From: Minisyncoccota bacterium
GTDB lineage: Bacteria; Patescibacteriota; Minisyncoccia; Phycocordibacterales; UBA2100
Direction: 5' to 3'
DNA: 64,000 bases
Assembly: GCA_965267345.1 (NCBI GenBank)
Contig: OZ253947.1
Location: 266,814 to 330,813, forward strand
Part shown: piece after piece, positions 1 through 9,974 of the stretch
Numbering within the stretch: the first letter of the stretch is position 1
Layout of the letters: each line of letters begins with the position of its first letter
The notes under the pieces: model-generated
The model's input: only the letters and a program-made list of their open reading frames with translations
The model's database searches: none
Told to the model about the DNA's origin: nothing
Made by a program: the position numbers and the translations under genes

Positions 1-305
1 CAGAAGAGCTGCCGACATCGCCACATACAGGCACGGTACCTGCTGCTACACTAACGCCAACGCCTGACGTGGAGCACGAAGCGCGCCCGGCAGCACCTGT
101 AGCAACTGAAGAGGAGAGTGAGTCACCACTGCGTCGTTTTATCGCTGCACAACCAACTGGAACTGAGGAAACAGCGGAAGGTGCGACTGAGGAGACAGCA
201 ACTCATGAAGCGGCCGCAGTACCGCAAGATACGCCGCAGCCGGAAGCACCACGCGTCGCATCTGACGACGATGATCTGTACTCAGTGCGCAACTTTAGTG
301 TGTAG
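1..305 (+). CDS. 3-prime end of a CDS entering from upstream; acidic, Thr/Glu/Ala/Pro-rich low-complexity C-terminus (hypothetical)
   Basis: Frame open from base 3 with no stop until 303-305; ORF track 69..305 is its internal Met portion; convergent with rel. Confidence 0.3.
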   Translation, partial: EELPTSPHTGTVPAATLTPTPDVEHEARPAAPVATEEESESPLRRFIAAQPTGTEETAEGATEETATHEAAAVPQDTPQPEAPRVASDDDDLYSVRNFSV

Positions 306-1887
306 CTTCACCGCTCTGAAGGATTGAGCGAATTTGCCGCCGCGCGAGCGTCGTCTTTACCATATCGAGCCACTTACGCGTTGGCTTCGCATTTTTATTC
401 GTATCAATTTCGACGATGTCGCCGTTTTGCAGGTGTGTATCGAGTGAGGCCATTTTACCGTTTACCTTTGCGCTCGCCATATGGTTACCAATGTCCGAGT
501 GAATTGCGTAGGCAAAATCAATCGGACTCGATTCAATTGGCAGGTCGATGACGTCACCGTCGGGAGTGAATACAAAGATACGATGGCTGAAAAAGTCTGC
601 CTTCATTTCTTGGAGGAATTCGTCAGGGGACTCGTCTTCAGTTTCCTTGGTGTGTGCCATGTGTTTAATCCACTCAGGCGCTTCGTTGCCGGTGTACGTA
701 CGTGGCGCTTTTGGCTTTTCATCTTCGCTGCGCGTTTCAAACCACAGTCGTGCGGGGATAAACTGCAGGATCCACTTCATGCCCGAGCCCTGCTTTTTCG
801 ATACCGAAGCGCTGCCGTCTTCTTTATACGTGAGGTGTGAGGCAATACCAAACTGTGCCTCGCGGTGCATCTCTTCGGTGCGAATTTGGATTTCAATAAG
901 GGTTCCGTCACCAATGAGCATCGTTGTGTGAATACTCTGGTAGCCGTTTGGCTTCGGAGAGGCAATGTAGTCTTTCACACGCCCCGGCACCGGTTGCCAC
1001 TCACTCTGTACAATACCAAAGACGGTGTAACAGTCGGACACCGTCGGCACAATGACACGAAGCGCCCAGATGTCACGAATTTTTGCCGTGTCCCAGTTTT
1101 TTCGCTGCAACTTGCGAAACAGGCTGTATTTACCCTTTACGCGAATTTCGGTGCGAAACTTTTCAATACCATACTCGGCAAGTTTTTTACGTACCGACTT
1201 GTGAATGCGGTCGAGACGTCGGGTGTCATCACCACCGAGCTCTTTGAAAATCTTGAGCGTTTTCTCGTACTCTTTTTCATAGGCGACGGGAAAGACCGCG
1301 TCTTCGAGTTCACGCTTCATCAGACCCATACCGAGTCGATCGGCGATGGGTGCATAAATTTCCAGCGTTTCGTGCGCAATGCGCAGGCGTTTATCATCAC
1401 GCGGTATGTGCTGCAGTGTCTTTGCATTGTGCAGTCGGTCGGCGAGCTTAATGATCATGACGCGCACGTCCTGTGACGTAGCAGCCACGAGCTTGCGGAG
1501 TGATTCCGCGTGCCGCTTCACGCCACGGTAGCGAACATGCTCCAGTTTTGTCACACCCGCAATCATCGCGCAGACATCATCACCAAAGTCACGGCGAATG
1601 TCATCGGCAGTCAGGTCGGTGTCTTCGATGGTATCGTGGAGTAATCCGGCAGCAATCATTTCCGGTGCCATGCCAATTTTTGCCAGATACTTTGCGGTCT
1701 CAACACAGTGGTTGAGGTACGGCTCGCCTGAAAACCGTACTTGACCTTCGTGTGCCTGCGCAGCCACGTCGTAGGCGCGCTTGATGAGTTCGCGGTCTTC
1801 CTTTTTATACGTGTCGATGTACGTGAGTATTTCGTCCACGGACTGTGGTTTGGGAAGTGTTTTTTTCTGCTCTCGCGTGCCACTCAT
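295..1887 (-). CDS. rel: bifunctional (p)ppGpp synthetase/hydrolase Rel/SpoT (short form: HD hydrolase + synthetase + TGS)
   Basis: HD motif LLHDTIEDT, synthetase motif KPNGYQSIHT, C-terminal TGS-like segment (FTPDGDVIDLP...NGDIVEI); 530 aa. Confidence 0.9.
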   Translation of the reverse strand: MSGTREQKKTLPKPQSVDEILTYIDTYKKEDRELIKRAYDVAAQAHEGQVRFSGEPYLNHCVETAKYLAKIGMAPEMIAAGLLHDTIEDTDLTADDIRRDFGDDVCAMIAGVTKLEHVRYRGVKRHAESLRKLVAATSQDVRVMIIKLADRLHNAKTLQHIPRDDKRLRIAHETLEIYAPIADRLGMGLMKRELEDAVFPVAYEKEYEKTLKIFKELGGDDTRRLDRIHKSVRKKLAEYGIEKFRTEIRVKGKYSLFRKLQRKNWDTAKIRDIWALRVIVPTVSDCYTVFGIVQSEWQPVPGRVKDYIASPKPNGYQSIHTTMLIGDGTLIEIQIRTEEMHREAQFGIASHLTYKEDGSASVSKKQGSGMKWILQFIPARLWFETRSEDEKPKAPRTYTGNEAPEWIKHMAHTKETEDESPDEFLQEMKADFFSHRIFVFTPDGDVIDLPIESSPIDFAYAIHSDIGNHMASAKVNGKMASLDTHLQNGDIVEIDTNKNAKPTRKWLDMVKTTLARRQIRSILQSGEATH

Positions 1888-1955
1888 ATCGTACTCATAG
1901 TACGCCAGAGGATGATTTTCAACAAATATACGGTGTGTCTCAGCTTAACCGAGCT

Positions 1956-4136
1956 TTACTTTAGTTTGTGCGGGTTGTGATTCGGACACGCCTTATCACT
2001 GCATCGTTCTGGAATAGTCTTTGTGCCTTCCATCATGAGCTTGCCGCACTCAGGGCATTTCTTACCCGTCGGACGAGCCTTGATGGCATGCTTACAGTCA
2101 GGATAGTTTGAGCAGCTGAAAAATGGCCCAAAACGACCGTGGCGCTCAATCATTTCACCGTTCTTGCACTCGGTACACTCCACACCTGTGCTGTTGAGCG
2201 AGTCGTCTTGCTTAATGTACTTGCACTTTGGGTACCGATTACATGACACAAACAAACCAAAGCGCCCTTCGCGCTGCACGAGGCGGCCACCGTCGTGCTT
2301 AGCATTCGGCGCAGGATCGCCACACTTGGGACACTTCTCGCCAATATCTTTTGGTGGTTCCATGATACTTCCGTCTTCTTTACGGGCACCCTGACAGTCG
2401 GGGAACTTGGCGCAGCTCATAAATACACCGGTGCGCGCAAGTTTATACACCATGGCGCCACCACATTCAGGGCATGTGTACTTTTTAGGCACTGCGCCAA
2501 GGTTAGTAAGCTTAGGAATGTCCTCTTTACTTGCAACATCTTTAACAAATGGCGTATAGAAGTCTTTGAGCGTCTTTACGTACTTGCGCTTGCCGTCAGC
2601 GATGTCGTCGAGTTTGTCTTCCATGTCAGCAGTGAAGGTATCGCTGATGTAGTCAGTAAAGTGCTCTTCAAGGAAGGTGCTCACCACATCGCCCGTCACG
2701 GTCGGGATGAGCGTACGGCCGTCTTTTTCGACGTATCCGCGGTCGGCGAGCGTGCGCATAATGGTCGCGTAGGTACTCGGGCGCCCGATACCGCGTTTTT
2801 CAAGCTCCTTAATCAAACGCGCCTCGGTGTAGCGTGGCGGCGGTTGCGTTTCCTTGCCCTCAGCGTCAACGCTGTCAACGATGAGTGTGTCGCCTTCATG
2901 TACCTTCGGCAATTCAATGTCTTCACCACGTGCTGCCGGATCAGCTTTGAGCCAGCCTTCGGCAACAACGCGTGAGCCAGTTACTGAAAACTCCGGTACG
3001 TTCGCATCATCAATCTCCGCAATGATTTTGGTGCGGGCAATGTCAGCATCAACCATTTGGCTGGAGACCGCACGTGCCCAAATAAGACGATAGAGCCGCT
3101 TCTGCTCTTCGGTGCGGCCGGCACTCATTTTTTTGAGTGATGTCGGACGGATGGCCTCGTGTGCCTCCTGTGCCGATTTGCTCTTCGTGGCATACGTGCG
3201 CATGCGCAGGTGATCCTTTCCGTACTCGCGTTCGATCACTCCGGCGATTTGCCCGAGTGCATTTTTCGACAAATTGGTGCTGTCGGTACGCATATAGGTA
3301 ATGAGTCCCGCTTCGTACAACTTCTGTGCAATGCCCATTGTGCGTGATGGCGAGAAGCCGAGTCGGGAACTGGCGACCTGCTGCATTGTCGACGTCGTGA
3401 ATGGCGGGCGCGGCGAGCGCTTCACGAGCGTTTCTTTGATCGTAGCCACGCGCCACTGTGCGCTTTGTGCAGCTGCCACGACCGTGTCTGCCTGCTTTTG
3501 TGTTTTTGGCTCTTCGCTACAGGTGAGGCCAACCGTGGTGTGTGCGTCGGTATGTGTTTGTGCCGTAATAACCCAAAATGCCTCAGGCGTGAATGCACGA
3601 ATCTCCCGCTCCCGCTCCATGAGAATGCGCAATGCAGGCGACTGTACGCGTCCGGCCGAGAGGCCGTAGCGCACTTTCTTCCAAATGAGTCCTGAGAGAT
3701 CGTAGCCAACGAGTCGGTCAAGTACGCGGCGCGCTTCCTGTGCCTCGCGCAGCTGGTCATCAATTGTGCGTGGGTGCTTCAGCGCTTCCTGTACGGCTTC
3801 TTCAGTAATCTCGTGAAAGACGATACGCTTTGGCTTTTTGAGCCCCAGCACTTCTTTGAGGTGCCACGCAATTGCTTCACCTTCGCGGTCGGGGTCAGTT
3901 GCGAGAATCACTTCGTCAGCTTTTTTTGCCAGCGCGGTAAGGTCGGCAATGGTGTCATGCTTTCGTGCCACGGGCTCGTAGTGCGGCACGAATCCGCCTT
4001 CGATGTCGATAGCCTTTTTATTGTTTTTGGGCAAGTCGCGCACATGACCCACACTGGCACGCACGGTAAAACCTTTCCCGAGATATTTCTCGATTGTTTT
4101 GGCTTTTGCGGGCGACTCGACGATAACTAATTTCAT
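1956..4136 (-). CDS. topA: DNA topoisomerase I (type IA) with multiple C-terminal zinc-ribbon repeats
   Basis: N-terminal TOPRIM MKLVIVESPAKAKTIEKYLG, 726 aa, four C-terminal CxxC...CxxC ribbons. Confidence 0.92.
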   Translation of the reverse strand: MKLVIVESPAKAKTIEKYLGKGFTVRASVGHVRDLPKNNKKAIDIEGGFVPHYEPVARKHDTIADLTALAKKADEVILATDPDREGEAIAWHLKEVLGLKKPKRIVFHEITEEAVQEALKHPRTIDDQLREAQEARRVLDRLVGYDLSGLIWKKVRYGLSAGRVQSPALRILMEREREIRAFTPEAFWVITAQTHTDAHTTVGLTCSEEPKTQKQADTVVAAAQSAQWRVATIKETLVKRSPRPPFTTSTMQQVASSRLGFSPSRTMGIAQKLYEAGLITYMRTDSTNLSKNALGQIAGVIEREYGKDHLRMRTYATKSKSAQEAHEAIRPTSLKKMSAGRTEEQKRLYRLIWARAVSSQMVDADIARTKIIAEIDDANVPEFSVTGSRVVAEGWLKADPAARGEDIELPKVHEGDTLIVDSVDAEGKETQPPPRYTEARLIKELEKRGIGRPSTYATIMRTLADRGYVEKDGRTLIPTVTGDVVSTFLEEHFTDYISDTFTADMEDKLDDIADGKRKYVKTLKDFYTPFVKDVASKEDIPKLTNLGAVPKKYTCPECGGAMVYKLARTGVFMSCAKFPDCQGARKEDGSIMEPPKDIGEKCPKCGDPAPNAKHDGGRLVQREGRFGLFVSCNRYPKCKYIKQDDSLNSTGVECTECKNGEMIERHGRFGPFFSCSNYPDCKHAIKARPTGKKCPECGKLMMEGTKTIPERCSDKACPNHNPHKLK

Positions 4137-4195
4137 AGTATGCTCGTCTTGATACTACAGGTAGGAGGGGTAATGCAACTATTATGCCGCTGTGT

Positions 4196-4224
4196 ATAAG
4201 AATACGCGCCCGAGTTTCCTCGGG
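4196..4224. terminator. GC-rich hairpin GCGCCCGAG-TTTCC-TCGGGCGCGC downstream of gcrA-like gene
   Basis: perfect 9-10 bp inverted repeat read directly; located 30 nt past the stop of the minus-strand gene ending at 4254. Confidence 0.4.
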
Positions 4225-4253
4225 CGCGCACCAAAAGAGCAGCACACTCGCAG

Positions 4254-4787
4254 CTAAAAGGGAATTGAATCACCATCGCGCTGTGCCACATGCGACAGAC
4301 TCTTTCCGTCGGTGCGTACTGACTTACGCATATGGGCGCGGCAGTATGGGCTGCCCTCATGGGTCGGTTGGCAGCAAAAGTGGAAATTGGAATTTCCCAC
4401 GTCGCCGATTGGCCACCTGCACCTTTCTGCAGTGAGGCACAGAGTCGCACTGCCTGCTTTTGACGGAAGCGCGATGTATTGGGTCTCATCAACATCAACA
4501 TCGACAGTAGGATGTGCATCATCCGCTTCCGATATGGCCACCCTGGATTCAGATTTTGGCTTGGTCACCGCAGAACGCTTTGCCGTCTTTGGCGCCGCCG
4601 GGCGAGTCTTTCGACTTTTCCCGTTTGAGCGCGTGCGAGCGCCCGACAGACCAAGTCGGTAAATCTTTCCGGCGACTGTTGACCGAGTGATGTCACCACC
4701 GAGTTTTGCGGCGATCTGCCCATTGCTGAGATTCTTCGCCACCAATTCCTTGAGTAACGCTACTCTCTCTTCGGTCCACCTACTCAT
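4254..4787 (-). CDS. gcrA: GcrA-like cell-cycle regulator family protein
   Basis: N-terminal MSRWTEERVALLKELVAKNLSNGQIAAKLGG...GKIYRLGL and C-terminal CRWPIGD...FCC...YC motif typical of GcrA (PF07750); strong SD AAGGAGGAA upstream. Confidence 0.7.
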   Translation of the reverse strand: MSRWTEERVALLKELVAKNLSNGQIAAKLGGDITRSTVAGKIYRLGLSGARTRSNGKSRKTRPAAPKTAKRSAVTKPKSESRVAISEADDAHPTVDVDVDETQYIALPSKAGSATLCLTAERCRWPIGDVGNSNFHFCCQPTHEGSPYCRAHMRKSVRTDGKSLSHVAQRDGDSIPF

Positions 4788-4859
4788 AGCGATTCCTCCT
4801 TCGCGTGAGTGTATGATCCGCTGTCATCCTACGCCGCAGCGCTTGTATGCGCAATACGC

Positions 4860-5726
4860 TTAGCGTTCATTTCGATGAAGTGCGCTCATGCGTTCACTAA
4901 TGTGTCCGTCGAGTTCCATTTTTGAAAGAAGTACCTGTATGTGATCGGTCGAAAAGGGCGCTGCGGCAATGAGCTCGTCACGTGTGCGTGGCGCGGCAAG
5001 TAAATCCCAGAGCACCTGCTCATCGTCAGTGAGTGTGGCTGCCATCTCGGATACCCGAGATGGTCGCTCAAGGCTCAGTGCAGCGAGAATATCGTCAGCA
5101 GATGTAACGGGTGCAGCGCCCAAACGCAAAAACTGATGCGGCCCACGGCCTGTCTCGGCAAAGATCGAATGGGGCACGCAGAGCACATCGCGATCGTAGT
5201 CACCGGCCAGTCGTGCCGTAATGAGTGTGCCCGATTTTTCCTTTGCTTCAATAACGAGCACGGCTTCACTCATCCCTGCCATGAGGCGATTGCGTTTGGG
5301 AAATGTCCACGGAGCTGCTTGTTGTCTCGGTTCGTATTCGCTCACCAGAGCACCGCCGTGCTCAACAATACGCCGTGCGAGTGAAGCATGTGATGCAGGA
5401 TAGAGCACCGACGGATCGAGTCCCGAGCCGGGAATGGCGACGGTGGGGAGTTTGGCACGCAGTGCTGCTGCATGTGCCCGCCCGTCAATACCCAGTGCGA
5501 GTCCGGAGACAATGCAGACGGGTGTACCGGCGAGACCTTCAATAAGATGATCAACAACCGCTTTCCCGTATTGTGTCGCGGCGCGACTTCCCACGACAGC
5601 GAGGTAGCGATACGTCTGTGGATCGGGAAGCGTGCCGCAGTGATAGAGCTGCGCGGGCGGATCATGTATTTCCTGCAGCAGTGGCGGGAAATCCTTGCGC
5701 GCAAGTTGTTCAATGCGCATCGTCAT
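4860..5726 (-). CDS. dprA: DNA processing protein DprA
   Basis: Rossmann-like core LAVVGSRAATQYGKAVVDHLIEGLAG...IVSGLALGIDGRAHAAAL; 288 aa. Confidence 0.85.
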   Translation of the reverse strand: MTMRIEQLARKDFPPLLQEIHDPPAQLYHCGTLPDPQTYRYLAVVGSRAATQYGKAVVDHLIEGLAGTPVCIVSGLALGIDGRAHAAALRAKLPTVAIPGSGLDPSVLYPASHASLARRIVEHGGALVSEYEPRQQAAPWTFPKRNRLMAGMSEAVLVIEAKEKSGTLITARLAGDYDRDVLCVPHSIFAETGRGPHQFLRLGAAPVTSADDILAALSLERPSRVSEMAATLTDDEQVLWDLLAAPRTRDELIAAAPFSTDHIQVLLSKMELDGHISERMSALHRNER

Positions 5727-5753
5727 AGTACGATTCCATCATACCAGAGACCT

Positions 5754-7019
5754 ATGCTCGATATTAAATTCATCCGCGAAAATAAAGATCTCGTCACTGC
5801 CGGCGCAAAAAAGAAGCACATCGACGTCGATATTGAGCGTCTGTTGACACTCGACGATCAACGCAAAGAACTCCTCAGTGCCGTTGAAGAGAAGCGCTCG
5901 GCACAAAATACGATGAGCAAGCGTATCGCCACGATGGCAGCTGAGGAGCGGGGGGACGTCATTGCGCAGATGCAGGAACTCAAAGCAGAGCTCCAGACAC
6001 AGGAAGACGCGCTCCGTGACGTTATGCACGAGTGGCGTGCCATTATGCTGCAGGTGCCAAACATTCCCGACATGTCGGTTCCCGACGGTGACGACGATGC
6101 CGATAATCAGGAGGTGAAAGCATGGGGCGAGAAGACACAGTTTTCATTTGAGCCGAAGAGCCACATCGACATTATGCGCGAGCTCGATATGGCCGACTTT
6201 GAACGCGGCACGAAAGTGTCGGGGTTTCGTGGCTACTTCCTCAAAAATGACGGTGCACTTCTGTCGTACGCTATCTGGCGCTATGCACAAGACTTTTACT
6301 TAAAAAAGGAATTTACGCCGATGATCGTGCCGTCGCTGGTACGTCGCGAGAGCTTCATTGGTACGGGCTACCTGCCGCAGAGTGAAGAGGATTTGTATAA
6401 AACGCAGGACGACGAGTATCTCTCAGGCACTGCCGAAGTTGCCACCATGGGCTACTTTATGGACGAGACGCTCTCAATTGATCAACTGCCACAAAAGTTT
6501 CTCTCATTTTCACCGTGTTTTCGACGCGAGGCGGGGAGTCACGGGAAAGATGTCAAAGGACTCATTCGTGTGCACGAATTCTACAAGTGGGAGCAGATTA
6601 TTCTGTGTCAGGCGAGTCACGAGGAGTCAGTGCAGTGGCACGAGTGGCTGAATCGTAACACCGAAGAGTTTATTGAATCACTCGAGATTCCGTACCACAC
6701 CGTGGTGAACTGCGGTGGTGATCTCGGACTGGGACAGGTGAAAAAGTATGACATTGAATTGTGGGTGCCGGGAGAGCAGACGTATCGGGAAATTGGTTCT
6801 GCGTCGTACTTCCACGATTTCCAGACACGACGCCTTAACATTCGCTACCGCGATGCAGACGGTAAAACCCGCTTTGCGCACTCACTCAATAACACGGCAA
6901 TTCCGACACCGCGCATTCTCGTGTCACTCGTTGAAAACTACCAACAGGAAGACGGCTCGGTTGTGATTCCTGAAGTACTGCGCCCGTACATGGGGAAAGA
7001 TCGCATTACCAAACAGTAG
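5754..7019 (+). CDS. serS: seryl-tRNA synthetase
   Basis: Start chosen at MLDIKFIRENKDLV (canonical SerRS N-terminus) rather than the upstream ORF start 5472 that overlaps dprA; class II motifs present; 421 aa. Confidence 0.9.
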   Translation: MLDIKFIRENKDLVTAGAKKKHIDVDIERLLTLDDQRKELLSAVEEKRSAQNTMSKRIATMAAEERGDVIAQMQELKAELQTQEDALRDVMHEWRAIMLQVPNIPDMSVPDGDDDADNQEVKAWGEKTQFSFEPKSHIDIMRELDMADFERGTKVSGFRGYFLKNDGALLSYAIWRYAQDFYLKKEFTPMIVPSLVRRESFIGTGYLPQSEEDLYKTQDDEYLSGTAEVATMGYFMDETLSIDQLPQKFLSFSPCFRREAGSHGKDVKGLIRVHEFYKWEQIILCQASHEESVQWHEWLNRNTEEFIESLEIPYHTVVNCGGDLGLGQVKKYDIELWVPGEQTYREIGSASYFHDFQTRRLNIRYRDADGKTRFAHSLNNTAIPTPRILVSLVENYQQEDGSVVIPEVLRPYMGKDRITKQ

Positions 7020-7023
7020 CGCT

Positions 7024-7893
7024 ATGTGGAAGAGTACACACAGCAAACTCACTCGGGCACGGGCACAGCGTGCGCGGCGTAGCGCTGACGCGCGGGCGAC
7101 GCTTGCCGACTCAAAGGTTCGTGAGCGCCGCAAAATGATTCGCCGCATCAAAAGTGCATTTGTATTGGTTCTTGCCACACTTATGGTTGCCGGCCTGAGC
7201 TGGGTGTCGTACCTCGATACGTTTGGAGTACGCGATATTGTCGTTGACGGCACGGTAGAACTACGCGATGGTGCCATTCAGGCAGAGATGATGCAGGCAA
7301 CTGCAGCGGCATCGTTGGGTCTATTTTCAAAACAGAATGTACTGCTCTATCCGCAAAAGAAACTCGAGGCGCAGCTGCAGTATGAATTTCCACGGATTGA
7401 GCATGTCGAGATTACGACCGAACCGACGCAGCAGCAGGTGCACGTCACCATTGCCGAGCGCGAACCGTATGCAACGTGGTGTCGCGGGCGGGATGCGGCG
7501 CGTGAGTGTTATCGCATTGACCGACGCGGATTTGTCTTTGAACGCATCGCGCGTCCCGATTCGTCAGCACTCATCTTTGACGGCGGCAGCACAGCCGATG
7601 TGGTACTGCGCACACGCATCGCTCCTGAGTACTTTGTGAGCCTCGTAAACTTTATTGACGACATCACCGCACGTGACTTGCAGGTGCGGGCGGTGCACAT
7701 TCGTGGCACCGATGCGACGCTAACGCTTGCGCCGAGCTGGGATTTGAAAGTGGCGCTTGATAAAAATCTCGGTGCCACGGCATTTAATCTTGACGCAGTG
7801 CTCACCGAGCACGGCCTCGCGTCACGCATTGACGAACTCTCGTACGTCGACATGCGCTTTGATGAGCGTGTGTACTACAAACTGAAAGAGTAG
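7024..7893 (+). CDS. ftsQ: cell division protein FtsQ/DivIB-like (single TM + POTRA-like region)
   Basis: basic N-terminus, one TM helix, then POTRA-like segment; 289 aa. Confidence 0.55.
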   Translation: MWKSTHSKLTRARAQRARRSADARATLADSKVRERRKMIRRIKSAFVLVLATLMVAGLSWVSYLDTFGVRDIVVDGTVELRDGAIQAEMMQATAAASLGLFSKQNVLLYPQKKLEAQLQYEFPRIEHVEITTEPTQQQVHVTIAEREPYATWCRGRDAARECYRIDRRGFVFERIARPDSSALIFDGGSTADVVLRTRIAPEYFVSLVNFIDDITARDLQVRAVHIRGTDATLTLAPSWDLKVALDKNLGATAFNLDAVLTEHGLASRIDELSYVDMRFDERVYYKLKE

Positions 7894-7894
7894 T

Positions 7895-8884
7895 ATGCCA
7901 AAAGGATTCTGGGAACATATGCCGGCACCCATACTGTGTTTGGCGCCGATGGACGATGTGACGGACGTAGCATTTCGCACCATTATTGCCCGCTACAGCA
8001 AACCGCACACGCCTCACTACGTTACGTGGAGTGAGTTTACATCGGCGGACGGACTCGTGCTCGCCGATGCACGTGGGCAGGAGAAGCTCCGTGCCAAACT
8101 TCGCTACAGCAGCATTGAGCGACCTGTTGTGGCACAAATTTTTAGTGCAGTGCCCGAACATATGGAACGTGCTGCAGCACTCTGCGCCGAGCTGGGTTTT
8201 GACGGCATCGATATCAACATGGGCTGCCCTGACCGCTCAGTTGAAAAGCAGGGCGCCGGCGCGGCACTGATTAAAAATCCGGCACTCGCCACTGAGCTCA
8301 TTGCTGCCACACAGCAGGGTGCGGGCGACGTGCCCGTATCGGTGAAAACGCGCATCGGCTACGCGAGAGATGAGCTTGATACGTGGGTTGGTGCGTTGCT
8401 GCGTGCGGATATTGCCGCACTCTCGATTCATGCGCGTACACGCAATGAACTCTCAAAAGTGCCTGCGCAGTGGGATGCGATTAAGCGCGCAGTTGTACTT
8501 TGTGATGAAATGGGCGTGGCAACGCGCATCATTGGAAACGGTGACGTTACCACTGTGACTGAGGCGCGCGAAAATGTGCGTACCTACGGGTGTGACGGCG
8601 TTATGATCGGGCGTGGCATGTTTGGAAATCCGTGGGTGATGAGTAACTACACACCAACCCTTGCGGAAAAGCTGCAGGCACTCGTTGAGCACACGGAATT
8701 GTTCGAGGCCGAATTTTCTGACATCAAAAGTTTTGCAGTGATGCGAAAGCATTTTGCCAGCTACGTTGAAGGTTTCGCGGGTGCAAAAGAGCTGCGCACC
8801 ACACTCATGAGCTGCGATTCGGCACGCGACGTTGCCGATACCATTGAGGTTTTTCTGGTACAAAATGCACCACGCGAGGTGTAG
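7895..8884 (+). CDS. dus: tRNA-dihydrouridine synthase
   Basis: LAPMDDVTDVAFRTI..., TIM-barrel Dus motifs, conserved Cys in GCPDRSV region; 329 aa. Confidence 0.85.
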   Translation: MPKGFWEHMPAPILCLAPMDDVTDVAFRTIIARYSKPHTPHYVTWSEFTSADGLVLADARGQEKLRAKLRYSSIERPVVAQIFSAVPEHMERAAALCAELGFDGIDINMGCPDRSVEKQGAGAALIKNPALATELIAATQQGAGDVPVSVKTRIGYARDELDTWVGALLRADIAALSIHARTRNELSKVPAQWDAIKRAVVLCDEMGVATRIIGNGDVTTVTEARENVRTYGCDGVMIGRGMFGNPWVMSNYTPTLAEKLQALVEHTELFEAEFSDIKSFAVMRKHFASYVEGFAGAKELRTTLMSCDSARDVADTIEVFLVQNAPREV

Positions 8885-8909
8885 TGCTTTTTGGTATACT
8901 GTTTTTTAC

Positions 8910-9974
8910 ATGAGCACGGAATACACGGCACTCTATCGCAAGTATCGACCGCACACATTCGACGATGTCGTGGGACAGCAGCACGTCGTGACGGTACTGC
9001 AAAAGGCGATTGCCAATAAAAAAGTTGCCCATGCGTATTTGTTTGCGGGAAGCCGCGGGACAGGAAAAACCACTATTGCGCGCATCTTGGCGCATGAAAT
9101 TGGCACCAGTGACAAAGACATCTATGAGATGGACGCCGCATCGAATCGTAAGATCGATGACTTTCGCGAGCTGAACGACTCAGTGCACACACTCCCGTTT
9201 GAGTCGGACTACAAAGTTTACATTATTGATGAGGTACACATGCTCACCAAAGAGGCGTTCAATGCCTTTTTGAAAACGCTTGAAGAGCCGCCAAAGCACG
9301 TGGTGTTTGTACTCGCCACTACTGAAATTGATAAGTTGCCCGACACTATCGTGTCGCGCTGCCAGAGCTACACCTTTGAACAGCCGACGCGCACGGTGCT
9401 TGCCGAGACGGTGACGCGTGTTGCGAAAAAAGAGAAGGTCACGCTTGAGGCAGGTGCAGCCGAGCTCATTGCCATGTTGGCTGAAGGATCGTTCCGTGAT
9501 GCACTGGGTATTTTGCAGAAAGTGCTGTCGTACTCGACTGACAAAAAGGTAACACGTTCGGAAGTTGAATCGGTGACGGGCGCCCCGCGTGCGCAGCTGG
9601 TGCACGATCTTGTTGGCGCACTGTCAGCCGGTGACGTCGATGCGGCACTTGAAGCTGTCACTGCCGCCGGTACGCAAAATATCGATATGCTCACGCTGCA
9701 AAAATTACTCCTCGATCGCGTGCGGGCGGTCATGCTATTGCGCAATGCGCCGCATCTGAAGGAGACTATTGCCGAGCAGTTTTCGAAAGACGATTTTGCC
9801 TTTCTGCAGGAGTGTGCACAGAACAAAGAGAGTCGCATTACGTCGCGTCTGCTTCACGCACTGCTTGGCGCGTACAGCGACACACCATATGCCTACATCA
9901 AACACTTGCCACTTGAACTGGCGATTATCGATACGTTGGGTGAGGGTGATAGTAGTGAAGAAAAAGGCCTATGA
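8910..9974 (+). CDS. dnaX: DNA polymerase III gamma/tau subunit (short form)
   Basis: Start at MSTEYTALYRKYRPHTFDDVVGQ; Walker A GSRGTGKTT; clamp-loader box; 354 aa. Confidence 0.85.
   Translation: MSTEYTALYRKYRPHTFDDVVGQQHVVTVLQKAIANKKVAHAYLFAGSRGTGKTTIARILAHEIGTSDKDIYEMDAASNRKIDDFRELNDSVHTLPFESDYKVYIIDEVHMLTKEAFNAFLKTLEEPPKHVVFVLATTEIDKLPDTIVSRCQSYTFEQPTRTVLAETVTRVAKKEKVTLEAGAAELIAMLAEGSFRDALGILQKVLSYSTDKKVTRSEVESVTGAPRAQLVHDLVGALSAGDVDAALEAVTAAGTQNIDMLTLQKLLLDRVRAVMLLRNAPHLKETIAEQFSKDDFAFLQECAQNKESRITSRLLHALLGAYSDTPYAYIKHLPLELAIIDTLGEGDSSEEKGL

Noticed and set aside
2295-2975. 226 aa ORF on the plus strand inside topA (and several similar 60-130 aa ORFs antisense to rel, topA, uvrA, RND etc.)
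   Set aside because: Entirely antisense to a well-supported long gene in a high-GC genome, where long spurious antisense ORFs are expected. No RBS or domain signal.
5472-5753. Upstream extension of the serS ORF overlapping dprA
   Set aside because: The canonical SerRS N-terminus MLDIKF begins at 5754. The extension overlaps the convergent dprA coding region and has odd composition.
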